Below, one piece after another: positions 21,049 to 30,407 of a stretch of DNA of 64,000 nt (its first letter is position 1; each line of letters starts with the position of its first letter). The notes below the pieces were generated by a model, which saw only the letters and a program-made list of their open reading frames with translations, ran no database searches and was not told where the DNA came from. The position numbers and the translations under genes were made by a program. Source of the DNA: an uncultured Candidatus Binatia bacterium (GTDB taxonomy: Bacteria; Desulfobacterota; Binatia; Bin18); contig OZ241744.1 in assembly GCA_965200965.1 (NCBI GenBank), forward strand, positions 3,136,001 to 3,200,000, given 5' to 3'.

Positions 21049-21312
21049 ATGGTGTATGTTGTCATTCCCTTTCGGCCAGGCCCGGCGATTCAGCAACTAA
21101 TAGAAGCCCTTCCCAATATGGGCGTATACATCGCAATGGCCCCCTCCGCCTATTTTATCTCCTATCGAGGCACCACCAAGGAATTGGCAGAAGCGATTGG
21201 ATACAACGGGGATGAGGGGGCAGGAACTGGCATCGTCCTTCCCGTCTCGAATTACTTCGGCTATGCATCAAAAGACTTATGGGAATGGTTAGCGATTCAC
21301 GCCAATGACTGA
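21049..21312 (+). CDS. Small hypothetical protein (87 aa)
   Basis: Lower-GC ORF, TTGACA at 21000-21005 upstream, ends DLWEWL, overlaps next ORF. Confidence 0.65.
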   Translation: MVYVVIPFRPGPAIQQLIEALPNMGVYIAMAPSAYFISYRGTTKELAEAIGYNGDEGAGTGIVLPVSNYFGYASKDLWEWLAIHAND

Positions 21313-21571
21313 CCACCAGAAAGAGACGCCCCCGCCTCCAGAAGGATCGACCCCAGACTACCCGTCAGGAACCCTTCCTGGTACGCAACAATGGTTGATG
21401 CTGATGCTCAACCAGATGTCCGACCGGCTCACCGCCATAGAACAACGCCTCAGCAAGGTTGAGAAAATGGCATGGGTTCTAATTGGTGGCCTGAGTGTCA
21501 TAGCGGTGGGATGGGCGCTGGTTCAATTCTTTTTCTCTCATTTTGAGCTCACCATTGTTCCCAAGCGATAG
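21305..21571 (+). CDS. Small coiled-coil + C-terminal TM protein (XhlA/DUF1640-like architecture)
   Basis: RLTAIEQRLSKVEK followed by hydrophobic AWVLIGGLSVIAVGWALV. Confidence 0.65.
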   Translation: MTDHQKETPPPPEGSTPDYPSGTLPGTQQWLMLMLNQMSDRLTAIEQRLSKVEKMAWVLIGGLSVIAVGWALVQFFFSHFELTIVPKR

Positions 21572-21585
21572 AGCCCTCACTCTCT

Positions 21586-21717
21586 ATCGCTGATGCCGTC
21601 CGTGCCGCAGATGGCGAGGTGATATTCTTCACGAGAGAACGGGGTCAGGGCTAGCGCTCTCATCAGTTCCTGGTGACGGTCACGCAAGACCCGAAAGAAG
21701 TGCATCACTTCGCCGTC
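21586..21717 (-). pseudogene. Duplicated internal fragment of the neighbouring DNA adenine methylase
   Basis: 21613-21701 is identical to 22720-22808 (FFRVLRDRHQELMRALALTPFSREEYHLA), with diverged but alignable flanks. Confidence 0.9.
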
Positions 21718-21745
21718 GTGGAAGTAGCGCATCGGGCAAACCAGC
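21718..21745 (+). repeat. 28-bp direct repeat, copy 2
   Basis: Identical to 20748-20775. Confidence 0.95.
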
Positions 21746-21767
21746 GTGTGAACAGTCTGCCGTTGCC

Positions 21768-22159
21768 TCAAGACCGATTGTCGCTCTCGGCAGTGTGCCG
21801 CAAGGCGAGGAAGGCTTGTTTGAGGGACTGACTGACGGCGGAATCAGGCTCATTGAGAACCAAGGCCTGATACGCATTCAGGTAGGCAGTGCGGATGCGG
21901 GAGAACAGGTGCAGGAAGTGTCGCAGAAAACCAACGCAATCGAGAACGGCAATCTCGACTCCATCCGTCTTGTCGTACAACGTGGCCGCGTATTTGGTCA
22001 CAACAGGGTCAATCACATCCGTGGTCACAAACAGGTAATTATGAATCCTGGGCAGACAGAATCAACCCGCTCCCTGATATCCGAGTCAAGGATAACGGAC
22101 GTGTGCAAGGTCTCAGCAGCGCGTTCATAGATGTGACGCAGTATGTCTTCTGGCCTCAT
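21768..22159 (-). pseudogene. Probable type II restriction endonuclease remnant with large internal deletion
   Basis: ATG overlaps the methylase stop (ATGA). MRPEDILRHIYERA...RERVDSVC joins out of frame to IHNYLFVTTDVID...VLDCVGFLRHFLHLF...AFLALR. Family recalled as SacI-like, not verified. Confidence 0.6.
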
Positions 22160-23082
22160 GCAAAGAGTCCCTTTTGGACTTCCGGCTCATAATTGGTCCA
22201 CAGCACTTCGCGGCGAGTGCCTTTGGTGGAGTGGATGGTCTTGGCCGGACCACAGGTCTTGCGCCAGCGTCCAGGACTGAAGAGATCATCCATCAAGGGA
22301 TGATCGTAGCCAGAGACAGAAACCATACCCTGACACGCATTCACGGCTTGTGCAAATTCGCGGTGCTGGCTCTCGTCCATTTCAAACCCGTAAGCCTTGG
22401 TATCGCCGCGTGTGGCGTGCAGGTATGGCGGATCACAATAGAACAGGGTCTTGGGGCTGTCGTAGAGGCGAATCACATCAAGCGCCGGCCTGTTCTCAAT
22501 CTGCACCCGCACCAGACGCCGGGCGATATCATCGAGCGCATTCACCCCACCCAACCAACGGGAAACCACGCCGGACATGCCAGCACGGCTGGTCTCCTTG
22601 CAGTTCGCCCAGCGTCCAAGGGAGGCCGATTGCGCAAGCCCGGTGCGGGTCTGCCGCGCCCTGACATAAAAGCGCCGCGCGCGTTCAACATCGCTGAGGC
22701 CATCCGTGCTGCCATAGACGGCGAGGTGATATTCTTCACGAGAGAACGGGGTCAGGGCTAGCGCTCTCATCAGTTCCTGGTGACGGTCACGCAAGACCCG
22801 AAAGAAGTTCACCACTGCGCCGTCAATGTCGTTGTAGGTTTCGACCAGTGCCGGCTCTCGGTTAAGCAGCACGGCCGCGGAGCCGGCGAAGGGCTCGCAG
22901 TAATGGTGACACGGTGGCAGCAGAGGCAGCAGCCAATTGAGGTGTGAGAACTTCCCGCCATACCAGCCAAAGGCAATGCGGCGGCGTCTGTGGCAGGTGA
23001 CGTTTGAGTGTTCGCGCTGGCCGGCCTCATCAAGATAGATTGGGGAAGGGCCTCGCCCGCGTGTTGTGGCGTGTTCGGCCAT
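22156..23082 (-). CDS. DNA adenine methylase (Dam/D12-like)
   Basis: WYGGK, EPFAGSAAV, YND, YCDPPY, EVLWTNY. Confidence 0.93.
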   Translation of the reverse strand: MAEHATTRGRGPSPIYLDEAGQREHSNVTCHRRRRIAFGWYGGKFSHLNWLLPLLPPCHHYCEPFAGSAAVLLNREPALVETYNDIDGAVVNFFRVLRDRHQELMRALALTPFSREEYHLAVYGSTDGLSDVERARRFYVRARQTRTGLAQSASLGRWANCKETSRAGMSGVVSRWLGGVNALDDIARRLVRVQIENRPALDVIRLYDSPKTLFYCDPPYLHATRGDTKAYGFEMDESQHREFAQAVNACQGMVSVSGYDHPLMDDLFSPGRWRKTCGPAKTIHSTKGTRREVLWTNYEPEVQKGLFA

Positions 23083-23111
23083 ATGCTCCTTTCCGATGGG
23101 TGATGGAGGGC

Positions 23112-24314
23112 CTAGCCCCAGCTCGCCTCATCGTCGCTCATTGAGATGTCAAAGGCGGTCTTGCCCAGCAACTCCAACGTGTCGTCGGCGTCAACCGGGT
23201 GAAACAGGCCGGCCCGTACATCACGGAAATAGCGTTCTAGGGGCAGCCGCTTGTAGTAGGAGATGCCACCGACCGCGCGCATGGCCAAGTCAACCACGCG
23301 CACCGCGTTTTCAATCGCGATCAGCCGGGCGGCCACGCTTTTGCGGCCCCACAGGCGGATGTCGTCGCGTTCGACCTCGGCACCGGCTTTCCACATCGCC
23401 GCCCGCGCACCCTCGATCAGCACATCCATCTCACCGACTTTGTTATACACGCTGGGCAGGTGACTCATCGGCCGCTTGTGCGGAAAACGCGACCGGTCGC
23501 GCATGAACTCGACCACAAAGTTACGCGCCGCCACCGCAATGCCGAGATAGACCGCGCCCATTGAGAACGGGGCTTTGAGAAACAGGCTCAGGAGGCCGCC
23601 CCGGGTAAAGACCGGCCGTTCCAGAAAAACCGCGTCGTTCGGCACAAAGGCATTCTGGAGCTCGGTGCTGCGCGACTCGGTCGCCCGCATACCCATCGTA
23701 TTCCAGTCGTCTTTCATCAGCAGACCGGGCGTGTCGCGGGGAATCAGAAACGAAATAATCGTGCCCTCTCTGGGGTTGTCGCTCGGCCCCCAGGTGGCCT
23801 CGGAAAAATAGCGATCGACGGCAATGCTCTGGGTGCTGAAAATCTTCTTGCCGCTGACCCGCCAGCCGCCGGTTGCCGGCTCGGCGGTGGCCCTCGGACG
23901 CAGCACCGTGACCGCGTTATCGGCCTCTGAGCCTGAGCCGCCGACAATCCAGCGGTGGTGTGCGATCTGGCGCAGCAGGGCTTCGGCCCGGGTGTCTTTG
24001 GTCGTGCGCCACACATCGGTCACTACGCCGAGAATGTTGAAGTGCATGTTGATCGCCAGCGCGGTCGGCCCGCAGCCTTGGGCCAGACGTTCCTGGGCCT
24101 TGATCCGCTCCAGCAGGCTGGCCCCACCTCCCCCCAACTCGGTCGGGATGGTCATGCTTGAGTAGCCTGTCTGGCGGAGTTGGGCGTAGTTTTCGTAGGG
24201 AAAGGAGCGTTCCTCGTCGTGCTGGGCGGCGCGCTGGGCGAAATCATCGGCCATGCGGCCGGCCACCTCAATCCAGCCCTGCTCGCCCGCGTTGTGATGT
24301 TGTTGCATGTCCAT
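23112..24314 (-). CDS. Acyl-CoA dehydrogenase family protein / flavin monooxygenase
   Basis: IPTELGGGG, INMH, SGKKIFST, WNTMGMRATES, LERYFRDVRAG. Confidence 0.9.
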   Translation of the reverse strand: MDMQQHHNAGEQGWIEVAGRMADDFAQRAAQHDEERSFPYENYAQLRQTGYSSMTIPTELGGGGASLLERIKAQERLAQGCGPTALAINMHFNILGVVTDVWRTTKDTRAEALLRQIAHHRWIVGGSGSEADNAVTVLRPRATAEPATGGWRVSGKKIFSTQSIAVDRYFSEATWGPSDNPREGTIISFLIPRDTPGLLMKDDWNTMGMRATESRSTELQNAFVPNDAVFLERPVFTRGGLLSLFLKAPFSMGAVYLGIAVAARNFVVEFMRDRSRFPHKRPMSHLPSVYNKVGEMDVLIEGARAAMWKAGAEVERDDIRLWGRKSVAARLIAIENAVRVVDLAMRAVGGISYYKRLPLERYFRDVRAGLFHPVDADDTLELLGKTAFDISMSDDEASWG

Positions 24315-25233
24315 CGGGTTCCCCTGTGTTGGCCTGCCTCGGGGTGAGTCCAGCCTCGCCGGCAAAGCGTTCCATCAGCCGCAGCACCTCGTCGAACTGA
24401 TCGGTCCAGGCGAAGAAGGCCAGGACGACATGGGTCAGACCGCCGGCCTCATAGCGCGCCAAGGCGGCCAGCACATCTTCAAAGCTGCGCTCATAGGACA
24501 GCGCGGCATAGCTCAGCGAGTCGGGGTCGCGGCCGGCCTGCTCGGCTCGGCGTTTGATCGCCGTAATATCCTGGGCAAAGCCGTCCGGGTCGCGCCAGAA
24601 CACATGCCCATACCAGCCGTCGCCGAGCGTGGCGGTGCGCCACAGGGCGCGTTTGCTGTGGCCCCCGATCCAGATCGGCGGATGTGGCTGTTGCACCGGT
24701 TTGGGCGCGCAAACAATGTCTGAGAAGTGTTCGTAGCGACCCTTGAACTGTGCCCGGTCCTGGGTCCACAGCGCTTTCATGACCTGGAGATACTCATCGG
24801 TCTGGTTGCCGCGCTCGTGGTAGGGGGCGTGGAGTGCAGCAAACTCCTCTTGCAGCCAGCCCGAGCCACCGCCGAGGATCACCCGCCCGTGCGACAAGAC
24901 ATCCATGCTGGCGACCATCTTGGCGGTCACGACCGGATTCCGGTACGGCACGATCAGCACCCCTGTGCCCAGCCGGACGCTCGTGGTACAGGCGGCGACA
25001 TAGCTCAGGACGGTCAGGGGGTCAAGAAAATTGTCGGTGCTGTCAACCGGGAATTTCCCCTCCGGGTGATAGGGATACCTGGACTGGAGCCGGGCTGGAA
25101 ACACCACATGATCGCCGACCCAGACCGAGTGATAGCCCAGCCCATCCGCCTGCCGGGCCACAGCCTGAATCCGCTCAACCACCCGCTCGCGGGCAAACGC
25201 GCCGATATGGGGAAGCACAACGCCGAACTCCAT
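24268..25233 (-). CDS. LLM class (probably F420-dependent) oxidoreductase
   Basis: MEFGVVLP, SVWVGDHVV, RLGTGVLIVPYRNP, PKPVQQPHPPIWIGG; GGAGG RBS. Confidence 0.9.
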   Translation of the reverse strand: MEFGVVLPHIGAFARERVVERIQAVARQADGLGYHSVWVGDHVVFPARLQSRYPYHPEGKFPVDSTDNFLDPLTVLSYVAACTTSVRLGTGVLIVPYRNPVVTAKMVASMDVLSHGRVILGGGSGWLQEEFAALHAPYHERGNQTDEYLQVMKALWTQDRAQFKGRYEHFSDIVCAPKPVQQPHPPIWIGGHSKRALWRTATLGDGWYGHVFWRDPDGFAQDITAIKRRAEQAGRDPDSLSYAALSYERSFEDVLAALARYEAGGLTHVVLAFFAWTDQFDEVLRLMERFAGEAGLTPRQANTGEPDGHATTSQRGRAGLD

Positions 25234-25346
25234 GCGCCCTCCTTGTTCGTCAAAAAAGCGGGGGCGACGCCCCACTCTCAGCGTCTTGTCACGTTTCGGC
25301 TCAAACCACAAGCGACATGGCCTGTGGAGGGCGACAAGCGGCCCGG

Positions 25347-26699
25347 TCAGAAGGCGTAGGTGTCGAAGGAGTAGGCGAGCGAGACGCTGAACACGTCGGA
25401 GGCCGCGGTGTTGCGGCCGTCAATGACGGTGGCGTAGAACAGGCCAAGGCTGATCTGGTCGGTGAGGGCGACGCTGAGACTGCCGCCGAGGAGTTGCAGT
25501 TCTTCCTTCAGCACTTGGAGCAGGTCCAGGGCGAGGGGTCGGCCCACTGGATGTCCTCCCACACGACCAGCAGGGGACATTGGGCGGCCTGGCGCAGCAC
25601 GCCGGCGACAATCGCCTCTTGGCTGCGCTGCTTTTGGCGCTCGGGGCTTCCCTGCCAAGCCGTATAGCGTCGTCCAACGGGATGGACAGCAGGGCCGCGC
25701 GCAGCGGGATGACCTCGTGGTTGCCAAAGGGGTGATCGGCAAACAGGGTTTCCAGCCTGAACAGCTTATCCGCGGCCGGCTCCTCCCGCCAGACCTGGAC
25801 TTGGCGCTGGAAATACTCAATCTGGGGATAGAAGGCGCTATGTCGGAAGTGGTCTGAGCAACGAAACTCGATCTCGCTCCCGCCCTCAACCGGTATGCGT
25901 TCCTTGAGTTCCTGCACCAGACGGGATTTTCCGATTCCTGGCTCTCCACTCAGCAGCACGACCTGGCCGGTGCCGTTTTTGGCCTTCTGCCAACTGTTGA
26001 GCAAGGCTTCCAGCGTCTCCTGGCGGCCAACCAGGGGCGACAGACCGTGCCGAACCGCCACCCGAGAGCGGTCCCACATCCCGCTCTCGGCTATGACCTG
26101 ATAGGCTTGGACAGACCGCGGAGCGGACGCTCACCAGCGCCCGCCACTCCACAGCCCCTCAACCAGGCGGGCGGTCGCCCCGCTGATGACAACCGTATCG
26201 GGCCGGGCCAGGTTCTGGAGGCGCGCTGCGATATTCGGCGTCTCGCCTAGTGCCAGCCGTTCATGCCGACCACTACTTGGCCGGTATGAATCCCGACCCG
26301 CACCCGGACCGGCTTGGCAGCCTGCCTGAGCGGGGGTGAAGTGCACACCGCCTCAACGATGCGCAGACCAGCCCCCACGGCCTGGATCGCGTCATCCTCA
26401 TGGGCGACCGGATAACCAAAATAGACTAGCAGCCCATCGCCCAGGTATTGGGCGATGGAGCCGTCAAAGGCGACCACCACCTCCGCGCACAGCTCCTGGT
26501 AGGCGCGGATGACATCGCACAGCTCCTCCGGGTCGAGCCGTTCGGCCAGACGGGTTGAGCCCACCACATCGCAGAACAGGACGGGCAACTGCCGCCGCTC
26601 GGCCACAGGCCGGTCGACCCCGGACGACAGATCGGTTCCGCACTCATCACAAAACTTGGCCGCCGAGCGATTTTGCGTTCCCCAGCGTGGGCAGCGCAT
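25347..26699 (-). pseudogene. Fragmented zinc-ribbon/adenylate-guanylate cyclase/AAA-ATPase gene, joined to an unrelated beta-barrel-like C-terminal fragment
   Basis: [56 protein letters not shown] spread over several frames; tail LGGSLSVALTDQISLGLFY...SLAYSF. Confidence 0.8.
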
Positions 26700-26770
26700 A
26701 CGACCCTCTTCCCGTTATGAGACCCCGTTGAACGCTGCGTTCTCTGTCATGCCGGCGCGCAGTGGATCGT

Positions 26771-27925
26771 TCACCGGGCTGGACTCAAGGACGCTGGAGC
26801 CAGAAAGCGGGGCAGCGCGCAGGCCGTCAGCCCGAGCGCCGCCGCCAGCACGAGGGCCGCCCCAAGGACATGTAGTCGTTCGGTCACATAGCCGCCCAGC
26901 CACGGACCGAGGACAAGGCCGATGCTGAAGGCGACATTATAGAAACCAAACGCCTTGCCGGCCTGGCCGTGGATCAGCTCGTCCGCAATCAGCGGCATGG
27001 ACGGGGCCAGGGCGGCCGACAGGGCGATGATCACACCCAGAGCCAGGACAAAGAACCAGCCCGACTCCAAGGCCAAAAACAGGCCCGGAATCAGGAAGGC
27101 CGCGGCCACCAGGCCCAGGATCATCGGCTCCTGGCGGCCGCGCCGGTCTGACCAGGCACCGATCAGCGGTTGACACAGCAGGGCGGCCGCCCCCCAGGCG
27201 GCAAACAACAGGCCGATCTCGTGGCGCGACCAGCCGATGTGGGCGAGCTGGAGCGGGAGGAGCATCTCCATCGCGCCCAGCGCCGCGCAGGACACCAGAA
27301 TGACCAGACAGGCGCTGCTCAGACGCGACGACAGGACTTGGCGCAGGGCCGCAAGCGACAGGGGATCGTCGGACCCAGCCGCCGCTCGGCGGTCTGGAAT
27401 GACACAAAAGGCCAAGCCGGCCAGGACAAGGGGCAGGACGGCAAAATATGCAAACGGCTCACGCGCTTGGCCAAAACTGCCGAGGACCGGCCCGCCAATT
27501 GCCCCCAGACTGAAGGCGACCGGCACGATGCTCATTTCCAGCCCGCGCTGGTTTTTGTTGGCCAGGCGGGCGGCCAGCGGCAGGGTGGCCGCCCAGGTTG
27601 CCGAGGCGGCCACCCCTTGGGCAAGCCGACACGCCAGCAAAGGCCAGAAGCCCGACACGAGCGAAAACATCACCGCGGTCAGGCCCAGCAGCAGCATTCC
27701 GGCCGTGAGCCACAGACGCTCCCCGACCCGATCGACCACATGGCCAAAGGGCAGGTAGAGCAGGAGGGAGATCAGCCCATACGAGGCGTAAAAAATACCC
27801 GCCCAGGTTTCGGTCAGTTCCAGTTCACGCGCCAGGGTTGGCAGCACAGGGATAATCAGGGTATAGCCGACCGAGTCGGCAAACATGATAGCGGCGGCAA
27901 CGCCTAAGACACACCAGCGTGACAT
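26771..27925 (-). CDS. MFS transporter
   Basis: ~12 TM segments, GHVVDRVGER and GAWSDRRGR loop motifs. Confidence 0.9.
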   Translation of the reverse strand: MSRWCVLGVAAAIMFADSVGYTLIIPVLPTLARELELTETWAGIFYASYGLISLLLYLPFGHVVDRVGERLWLTAGMLLLGLTAVMFSLVSGFWPLLACRLAQGVAASATWAATLPLAARLANKNQRGLEMSIVPVAFSLGAIGGPVLGSFGQAREPFAYFAVLPLVLAGLAFCVIPDRRAAAGSDDPLSLAALRQVLSSRLSSACLVILVSCAALGAMEMLLPLQLAHIGWSRHEIGLLFAAWGAAALLCQPLIGAWSDRRGRQEPMILGLVAAAFLIPGLFLALESGWFFVLALGVIIALSAALAPSMPLIADELIHGQAGKAFGFYNVAFSIGLVLGPWLGGYVTERLHVLGAALVLAAALGLTACALPRFLAPASLSPAR

Positions 27926-28028
27926 CGTCCTCGTTTGACTCGTCCGTCAAGGGCAGGAGGTCAGGCCCTCCCCAACCGTAGGCGCTTTCCCGGCGTTCGG
28001 CAATAGCGGGATGGTCGTGCAGCAGGCG

Positions 28029-28823
28029 CTAGGGCAGGACCAGGGCCACACCGCCCAGCGCCCAGCAGTAATAGGCAAACGGCGAGAGACTGCGGTCCCG
28101 GGTCAGGCCGACCAGCAGCGGAATGCTGGCGTAGCCGACCCCGGCCGCGACTAGCGCACCGAGCGCATAGGACACCAGGTCAAGCCCGTTGACGACTGCT
28201 TCCCAGTGCGATGCGAGTTGCAGGACAAAAGCGCCGCCAACGGCCGGAATCGACAGCAGGAATGAATAGCGGACCAGCGGCCCGCGTTCCAGGCCGAGAA
28301 AGACGCCGGTCGCAATCGTGGTCCCCGAGCGGGACAGACCAGGAATGATCGCCAAGCCCTGAGCCAGCCCGATCAGCGCCGCGTCGCCCAGCCGTATCCC
28401 GGTCCTGCCCCGTGGCTGAACCCGGTCGGTGGCAAATAGCAGGCCGCCGGTGACCAGCAGGGCCAGCCCGGCGCTGTGGGGGTCGCTGAACAGGGCTTCG
28501 AACTGCTCACGAAAGCTGAGGCCGACCGCCATTGTCGGGAGCGAGCCGGCGATCAGCAGCCACAGCAAACGCCGTGAGGCCGCGGCCCCCGGATGGTGGG
28601 GAGAGACGCAGGCCACCGCCAGGAGAGACAGGTCGCGCCGAAAATAGACACATACCGCGGCCAGCGTGCCCAGATGCAGCACCGCGTCGAGCAGCCCGCC
28701 GGGCTGAGAGAAGCCGGGGATGGCGTACTGGGCCACCACCAGGTGGCCCGAACTGCTGACCGGCAGGAACTCGGTCAAGCCCTGGAGCAGGCCGAGCAGT
28801 GCAACCGGCAGGCTGACCCCCAC
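28029..28823 (-). CDS. uppP: Undecaprenyl-diphosphate phosphatase
   Basis: QGLTEFLPVSSSGHL, PGLSRSGTTI. Confidence 0.95.
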   Translation of the reverse strand: MGVSLPVALLGLLQGLTEFLPVSSSGHLVVAQYAIPGFSQPGGLLDAVLHLGTLAAVCVYFRRDLSLLAVACVSPHHPGAAASRRLLWLLIAGSLPTMAVGLSFREQFEALFSDPHSAGLALLVTGGLLFATDRVQPRGRTGIRLGDAALIGLAQGLAIIPGLSRSGTTIATGVFLGLERGPLVRYSFLLSIPAVGGAFVLQLASHWEAVVNGLDLVSYALGALVAAGVGYASIPLLVGLTRDRSLSPFAYYCWALGGVALVLP

Positions 28824-28847
28824 AACTCGCCCTCTTGAGTGGAGTCT

Positions 28848-30050
28848 TCAGACCGAAAAGATATGGATGGAGGCCGCGGCGTTTTCTCCGCCAAGCACCC
28901 CACCCCCATTCTCGGTCAGCCCCACCCGCGCGCCGGGCACTTGGCGTTTATCGGCCTGACCGCGCAGCTGCCAAAAGATTTCGGCAATCTGGGCCACCCC
29001 GGTTGCCCCCACCGGATGGCCCTTGGCCAACAGGCCGCCGCTCGGGTTGACCGGCAGCCGGCCGCCCAGCGCGGTGGTGCCGTCGGCAACCAGTCGGCCG
29101 CCGCCGCCGGCCTCACACAGCCGCAACTCTTCGTACACCAGCAACTCGGCCGGCGCGGTGGCGTCGTGGACCTCAACAACGTCGAGTTCGCCCGGCCCAA
29201 TCCCGGCCATAGCGTAGGCTGTGTCGGCTACCTTGGTGACAATACCGGGGGCGTGCGGACCGGGCTCTTCGCTCGAGCCGAGCGTAGACGCTCTGACAAA
29301 GACCGGCCTGGAGGTGAACTGGCGGGCTTTGTCCGCCGTGGTGACGACGGCCGCGGCCGCCCCGTCGCCAATCGGGGAGCACATCATGCGGGTCAGCGGC
29401 TCGGCGATCAGCGGGGCGGCCAGAATCTCGTCAACGCTGCGCGGGGTCTGGTACTGGGCGTGCGGATTGAGGCTGCCGTTGGTGTGGTTTTTGGCCGCAA
29501 TCCGGGCGTAGTGCTCTTTGGTCGTGCCATACTCGGCCATGTGGCGGCGGGCCAGATTGGCGTAATAGTCCATGAACACACTGCGCGATTCACCCGCCCC
29601 GGCGCTCTGCTCTCCGCTCATTTCACGCGCAAACGCCTCGGCCCGCTCCAGGTCAATGGCGCTGCCAATAGCCTCAAAGGTCCGCCGTTTTTCAGTGTGA
29701 AAGAGCTTCTCCATGCCCAGGGCCAGCACCGTGTCATACAGGCCCGAGGCAACGTACAGCCAAGCCAGATGAAAGGCGGTGGACGAACTGGCGCAGGCGT
29801 TTTCGGTGTTAATGACCGGGATGCCGCCAATCCCCATCTCGCGCAGCACGACCTGGCCGCGAATGCACTCCTGGCCGGTGACGAGGCCGGCCACCGCGTT
29901 GCCGACTGCCGCGGCTTGCAGCGCGCGCCGCTCAAGGCCGGCCGCGCCCAGCGCGCGTTCCACGGCCTGCCGGGCCAAGTCTTTCATACTCCGATCGAGA
30001 TATTTGCCAAAACGGGTCATGCCCGCGCCGATAACTGCGACCTCTCGCAT
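28848..30050 (-). CDS. Thiolase family protein (SCP2-type)
   Basis: GMTRFG, ENACASSS, CSPIGDGAAA, EVHDA, NPSGGLLAKGHPVGATG. Confidence 0.92.
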   Translation of the reverse strand: MREVAVIGAGMTRFGKYLDRSMKDLARQAVERALGAAGLERRALQAAAVGNAVAGLVTGQECIRGQVVLREMGIGGIPVINTENACASSSTAFHLAWLYVASGLYDTVLALGMEKLFHTEKRRTFEAIGSAIDLERAEAFAREMSGEQSAGAGESRSVFMDYYANLARRHMAEYGTTKEHYARIAAKNHTNGSLNPHAQYQTPRSVDEILAAPLIAEPLTRMMCSPIGDGAAAAVVTTADKARQFTSRPVFVRASTLGSSEEPGPHAPGIVTKVADTAYAMAGIGPGELDVVEVHDATAPAELLVYEELRLCEAGGGGRLVADGTTALGGRLPVNPSGGLLAKGHPVGATGVAQIAEIFWQLRGQADKRQVPGARVGLTENGGGVLGGENAAASIHIFSV

Positions 30051-30157
30051 ACGCGCCTCCTGTTTGCGCCGTAGTCCGCCTCATGTTCGCCAACCAACTC
30101 CAACATGATAGGCTGGACAGCTTAGCAGGCAGGACAGCAAACGCAAAGGAGACCGAC

Positions 30158-30388
30158 ATGGAAGACGCACTGGCGGTGGTGGGGCATTGGATCGGTTTAC
30201 TCAAGGCGGCCAAGTTTGCGGTGGCCGAGGTCAACCGCGACTGTGAGGAGCGCGTCGCCGCGGGGAGTGCGGAAGCCGAAGACGGGTTCCGCCACGACCT
30301 CGATACGGTCTTTGAAGCCCTGAGCGCCCTGCTCGTCCGCCTGGAGGAGCAAGCGGAAAGCCTGGAGGACGAGTTGGAGGACGAGTGA
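30158..30388 (+). CDS. Small acidic hypothetical protein
   Basis: AAGGAG RBS before ATG 30158; helical acidic sequence. Confidence 0.55.
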   Translation: MEDALAVVGHWIGLLKAAKFAVAEVNRDCEERVAAGSAEAEDGFRHDLDTVFEALSALLVRLEEQAESLEDELEDE

Positions 30389-30407
30389 GGGGCTGCCCGC
30401 CCCGCCG

